This document shows, piece by piece, positions 60,209 through 64,000 of a DNA stretch of 64,000 nucleotides. How positions within the stretch are numbered: the stretch's first letter is position 1; every line of letters begins with the position of its first letter. This DNA comes from Acholeplasma sp. (GTDB lineage Bacteria; Bacillota_I; Bacilli_A; Acholeplasmatales; UBA5453), in assembly GCA_036677365.1 (NCBI GenBank), contig JAVBWN010000006.1:1-64000 (forward strand), read 5' to 3'. Under the pieces are notes generated by a model. The model was not told the DNA's origin. It worked only from the letters and a program-made list of their open reading frames with translations, and ran no database searches. The position numbers were made by a program, and so were the translations under genes.

Positions 60209-60460
60209 TTACCATTTGACTTTGTCTTCAGCAACCGTTTGTTCATAAGGGGTATTTAATCCTTCGACCAATGATTTTTTGAATTCTTCGTTTTGACTTA
60301 GATAAATGGTTTCAAGTAAAGAACGATACTCATCTTCAGAAATCATAATGACATTGCCTTTTTTGGTGTTGATGTTGATTTCAACCCCATTGTCTAATGC
60401 CATTTCAGCGAGTTTATATAAATCTTTACGTGCATTGGTGATATTTGTGGTATATGGCAT
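60209..60460 (-). CDS. yefM: Phd/YefM family antitoxin
   Basis: NITNARKDLYKL, NVIMISEDEY.SLLETIYL. Confidence 0.9.
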   Translation of the reverse strand: MPYTTNITNARKDLYKLAEMALDNGVEININTKKGNVIMISEDEYRSLLETIYLSQNEEFKKSLVEGLNTPYEQTVAEDKVKW

Positions 60461-60483
60461 ATGGATCATCCCCTTCTAAATTC

Positions 60484-60512
60484 ATTATAACATACGTAAT
60501 TACGTACGTCTA
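60484..60512 (-). promoter_or_regulatory. TA promoter with palindromic operator
   Basis: TAGACG-N17-TATAAT on the minus strand; perfect palindrome TACGTAATTACGTA (60493-60506) in the spacer. Confidence 0.7.
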
Positions 60513-60622
60513 TGAATGTTATTCGATAATAACGATTTCATAGCCATACTTTAGTATAATACAGTTAAATCATTTGTAAAAAAGTGATAATAAGCATAAA
60601 ATAAGGAGTGGAGGTTATATCG

Positions 60623-61549
60623 ATGAATATCTATCAAAACTACGCTGAGTTGGTGGGCAATACCCCATTACTCAGACTCAATAAATTAGAAAAAGAACTG
60701 AAAACAGAAGGCCGATTGATTGCGAAAATAGAACGTTTCAACCCACTTTCAAGTGTGAAAGACCGTTTGGCTAAAGCGATGGTTGAGGATTTAGAACAAA
60801 AAGGTCTCATTAACCAAGACACTGTACTGGTTGAACCAACCTCCGGGAATACTGGGATTGGTTTAGCGTTCATATGTGCTGCTAAAGGTATCCCTTTGGT
60901 CATCATCATGCCTGAAACAGTAACCAAGGAACGCGTGATGACGGTTAAAGCCTTAGGGGCATGTGTCATCTTAACCGAAGGACCCCTTGGCATGAAGGGT
61001 GCGATTGCGAAAGCAGAATCGATGTTGAAAGAAAACCCAAGATACATCATGCCACAACAATTTAAAAACTTAGCCAATGCTGAAATGCACCGAAAAACCA
61101 CAGCGGTTGAAATATTAAGAGATACCGATAATCAAGTCGCTGCATTTGTTGCAGGGGTTGGTACTGGTGGTACCATCACAGGTGTTGGTGAAGTCTTAAA
61201 ACAAACCATTAAGGACGTTGAAATTGTGGCAGTAGAACCATATGATTCATCTGTATTATCGGGTGAAAAACCAGGGTCTCACCGCATTCAAGGGATTGGG
61301 GCTGGTTTCATTCCAGATGTCCTCAATGTAAAAATCATTGACAGAATCATTCGTGTCACGAACGATGAAGCGATTCAAATGGCGAAATTGGTTGCGAAAA
61401 CCGAAGGGGTATTCGTAGGCATTTCCTCAGGAGCTGCGTTGGTTGCAGCTGTTGAAGTCGCGAAAAATCCAAAGTATAAAGATCAAAATATCGTGGTAGT
61501 ATTACCAGATTCAGGGGAACGTTATCTATCCACTGGGGTATTTGAATAA
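60623..61549 (+). CDS. cysK: Cysteine synthase A
   Basis: NPLSSVKDR, EPTSGNTG, GVGTGGT, HRIQGIG, DSGERYLST. Confidence 0.96.
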   Translation: MNIYQNYAELVGNTPLLRLNKLEKELKTEGRLIAKIERFNPLSSVKDRLAKAMVEDLEQKGLINQDTVLVEPTSGNTGIGLAFICAAKGIPLVIIMPETVTKERVMTVKALGACVILTEGPLGMKGAIAKAESMLKENPRYIMPQQFKNLANAEMHRKTTAVEILRDTDNQVAAFVAGVGTGGTITGVGEVLKQTIKDVEIVAVEPYDSSVLSGEKPGSHRIQGIGAGFIPDVLNVKIIDRIIRVTNDEAIQMAKLVAKTEGVFVGISSGAALVAAVEVAKNPKYKDQNIVVVLPDSGERYLSTGVFE

Positions 61550-61550
61550 T

Positions 61551-62180
61551 ATGTTTTTTAAAGAACTCCGGTTGACCATCAACCAAGCCAAGAAGAACGA
61601 CCCTTCAGCCCCATCTAAACTGACCATATTATTATCCTATCCAGGCATACACGCACTGATGTATTACCGTGTTGCGAGATTCTTTTATAACATCAAATGG
61701 ACTGGTCTTGCAAGAATCATTTCCAATATCGGAAGAACATTCACCAACATCGATATTCACCCAGGGGCGAAAATCGGTAAAGGCTTATTCATCGACCATG
61801 GGGCGGGGGTTGTCATTGGACAAACCGCCATCATCGGTGATGACTGCGTCTTATTTCATGGTGTCACTTTAGGATCCAATTCTACCAATGCTAAAGGAAA
61901 TCGCCACCCCATCTTAGGCAACCGTGTGACCATTTACGCGAACGCTACTTTGGTCGGGCCAGTGAAAATTGGCGATGACTCGGTAATCGGTGCAAGTACC
62001 ATCGTGAAACAAGATTTACCTAATAACAGTGTGGTGGTAGGGAATCCAATGAGATTCCTATCCATTGATGGTAAACGTGTGTATGATTCGACCTGTGAAT
62101 GTGAAATCATGAAACAAGAACTCGCTGCTATGAAAGAACGTTTAGAAGAACTTCAGAAGCAACTAGAATCAAAATCATAA
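61551..62180 (+). CDS. cysE: Serine O-acetyltransferase
   Basis: DPSA, YPG.HA, DIHPGAKIG, FIDHG.GVVIG, RHP hexapeptide repeats. Confidence 0.94.
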   Translation: MFFKELRLTINQAKKNDPSAPSKLTILLSYPGIHALMYYRVARFFYNIKWTGLARIISNIGRTFTNIDIHPGAKIGKGLFIDHGAGVVIGQTAIIGDDCVLFHGVTLGSNSTNAKGNRHPILGNRVTIYANATLVGPVKIGDDSVIGASTIVKQDLPNNSVVVGNPMRFLSIDGKRVYDSTCECEIMKQELAAMKERLEELQKQLESKS

Positions 62181-62232
62181 TAAACATAGAAGGCACCGAA
62201 TGCGCTAATACCGCACTCAGGTGCTTTTCTTT
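62128..62232 (+). repeat. Copy 1 of a ~105-bp direct repeat (cysE 3' end plus terminator)
   Basis: Matches 63070-63174. Confidence 0.92.
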
Positions 62233-62353
62233 TACATTTATAAACATATTTTAAATTATTTATTATTATATTATCAATATTTATGATACTATGTTTATAA
62301 CAAGGTTTAAATCAATGTTATAGCATTTGAACATAATTCATTAGAAAGATAGG

Positions 62354-63052
62354 ATGATATCTATGGAAAATAATACAAGTAGAAGCGATAGACTTACGAC
62401 GAGATTTAAAATTAAAGTCAACTTTATCAAGTATCACCAAAATTTATCTCGTTTCTATTGCAGATGGCTTTTTGTTGTGTCAATTATTGTTTTCCTATTT
62501 ATAGATGAGGTAGAAATTGGCTTTTATACGTACATTTGTGGGTTAGTCACTTTGATCATATTAAGACTTTTAGTTCTAAGGAGATATCCCATCAAAGCCT
62601 TCAATAAAAATAATCCTTTGTCATGGGACTCAATCTTTAGTCACCTTAAAGAAATTAGTATTTTCGGAGTCACTTTATTATTGTTGATACCTATAACCTA
62701 CCATACTCAAACAAATCAAAGTTTAGAGAAAATAGTGTTTCTACCGTTGATGTTCATTGAAGGCTATTTTCTAGGGAAAGGGATCATATTCATTCTAAAG
62801 TTACTGTTTTCACTGGCATCTAAGTATGCAATAGACATGCGAAAGAACGAAATCATTTATAACTCGGTTCTCGTATCTGTATTGTTTTTTGGGTATATTG
62901 GTTTTTATTGGTATTTGAGTATTTACGGTACCATTCATAGTCTAACATTATATACGCTATTCCAAATAAATTATCTAATTTATATCATTTTGCCAGTGTC
63001 ACTTATTAATATAATTGCAATTATAGTAAAAAGAAGAAATTCAAAAGTATAG
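62354..63052 (+). CDS. Hypothetical six-TM membrane protein (AT-rich)
   Basis: Hydrophobic ORF between the two repeat copies. Confidence 0.7.
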   Translation: MISMENNTSRSDRLTTRFKIKVNFIKYHQNLSRFYCRWLFVVSIIVFLFIDEVEIGFYTYICGLVTLIILRLLVLRRYPIKAFNKNNPLSWDSIFSHLKEISIFGVTLLLLIPITYHTQTNQSLEKIVFLPLMFIEGYFLGKGIIFILKLLFSLASKYAIDMRKNEIIYNSVLVSVLFFGYIGFYWYLSIYGTIHSLTLYTLFQINYLIYIILPVSLINIIAIIVKRRNSKV

Positions 63053-63069
63053 GATAATATCAATTTTCC

Positions 63070-63174
63070 CTATGGAACAATGTTTAGAAGAACTTCAGAA
63101 GCAACTAGAATCCAAATCATAGAAGATACTTAAGGCACCGAATGCGCTAATACCGCACTCAGGTGCCTTTATTT
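63070..63174 (+). repeat. Copy 2 of the cysE 3' end plus terminator (displaced gene tail)
   Basis: Encodes MEQCLEELQKQLESKS* versus cysE MKERLEELQKQLESKS*; same AAGGCACCGAATGCGCTAATACCGCACTCAGGTGC hairpin. Confidence 0.92.
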
Positions 63175-63250
63175 ATAATGTTTACTATATCTTTTGAAAT
63201 GGTTTATGCAAAAAAATATAATAGCCTTGTAACAAAAGGGTGGGTTTCTC

Positions 63251-64000
63251 TTGAAGAAAAGGCTTTATTTAATCATTCTATTTGCGCTGCTATTGATCCT
63301 ATCGGTATCGATTGGCGTCTCTAATATCAAGTTCATCGATGTTGTCAAATTAGACCCGGATACGTGGTTTCTTTTACTGACATCTAGATTACCAAGAACC
63401 ATCGCGATTATCCTAACAGCAGTGGGGTTATCTATCTCTGGGTTAATCCTTCAAACCATCAGTAAGAACAAGTTTATCTCACCTTCTGTGGTGGGTGTAA
63501 CAGACAGTGCTCAACTCGGTATCTTATTGGCGTATTTATTATTTGGAACCCTCAGTTTAACCTTTAAATTGGTGTTCGCTTTTGGGTTTGCAGTATTAGG
63601 CTCTTTTGTATTTATTACGATCTTAAACAAGATCAAATTCAAAAACGAAATCTATGTCCCTCTAATTGGGATGATGTTTGGTAGTATCATCGCTGCGATT
63701 GTATCTTTTCTAGCCTTCCAGTTCAACGCGACCCAATTCATCGATACGATTGGGGTAGGCAGTTTTACAACCAAAATCGCGGGTAATTATGAACTGCTTT
63801 ATGTTGTTATACCACCACTCATTCTCGCATTTATATATATGGTTCAATTTAATATCATCGGGATTGGGGAAGACTTTGCTAAAAACCTAGGGGTCAATTA
63901 TAAACGAACCATGATGATGGGGTTAGTCATCATTTCGATGGTAACTGCAGCCATCTTTGTGGTAGTCGGTTCTATCCCATTCATTGGATTGGTTGTACCG
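63251..64000 (+). CDS. Iron-chelate ABC permease (FecCD family, YclN/CeuB-like); runs off the window
   Basis: Hand translation from TTG 63251 gives SRLPRTIAIIL..GL..Q..SKNKFISPS and GEDFAKNLGVNY. Absent from the ORF track because there is no stop in the window. Confidence 0.88.
   Translation, partial: MKKRLYLIILFALLLILSVSIGVSNIKFIDVVKLDPDTWFLLLTSRLPRTIAIILTAVGLSISGLILQTISKNKFISPSVVGVTDSAQLGILLAYLLFGTLSLTFKLVFAFGFAVLGSFVFITILNKIKFKNEIYVPLIGMMFGSIIAAIVSFLAFQFNATQFIDTIGVGSFTTKIAGNYELLYVVIPPLILAFIYMVQFNIIGIGEDFAKNLGVNYKRTMMMGLVIISMVTAAIFVVVGSIPFIGLVVP

Noticed and set aside
60513..60622. T-box or SAM riboswitch before cysK-cysE
   Set aside because: Too short; no T-box or S-box consensus visible.
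62204..62215. GCTAATACCGCA resembles a conserved 16S rRNA motif
   Set aside because: Only 12 nt inside a terminator hairpin, with no flanking rRNA similarity; likely chance.

Overview
Gene-dense, low-GC bacterial chromosome segment using genetic code 11 (TGA is stop, Trp is TGG). Gene content and style suggest a metabolically rich Bacillota/Mollicutes lineage, probably Acholeplasmataceae (inference, not verified). The backbone is housekeeping and metabolic: a divergent PPi-PFK/ATP-PFK pair, a Na/Pi cotransporter, uvrB, peptidases, an orphan cpsCDB-type tyrosine kinase module, zwf plus a cyclase, lplA-gcvT-H-PA-PB, ald, gdhA, pepT, ABC exporters, tandem mgtE, sdaA, rlmD, yefM-yoeB, cysK-cysE and a partial iron-chelate permease. 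Several visibly AT-richer accessory patches interrupt it: (i) a two-gene HipA/CtkA-like kinase + HipA-N-like/HTH module, (ii) an orphan Rhs C-terminus/immunity-like array bracketed by a duplicated terminator hairpin, (iii) two lipoprotein genes each preceded by a gene-tail remnant, and (iv) a membrane-protein gene bracketed by a duplicated cysE 3' end plus terminator. A four-gene SHOCT/DUF2089 operon, including an unannotated 41-aa ORF and a periodic upstream operator-like array, drives a heterodimeric ABC exporter. I saw no rRNA, tRNA, CRISPR array, integrase or intact transposase. All family calls come from motif recognition by eye.
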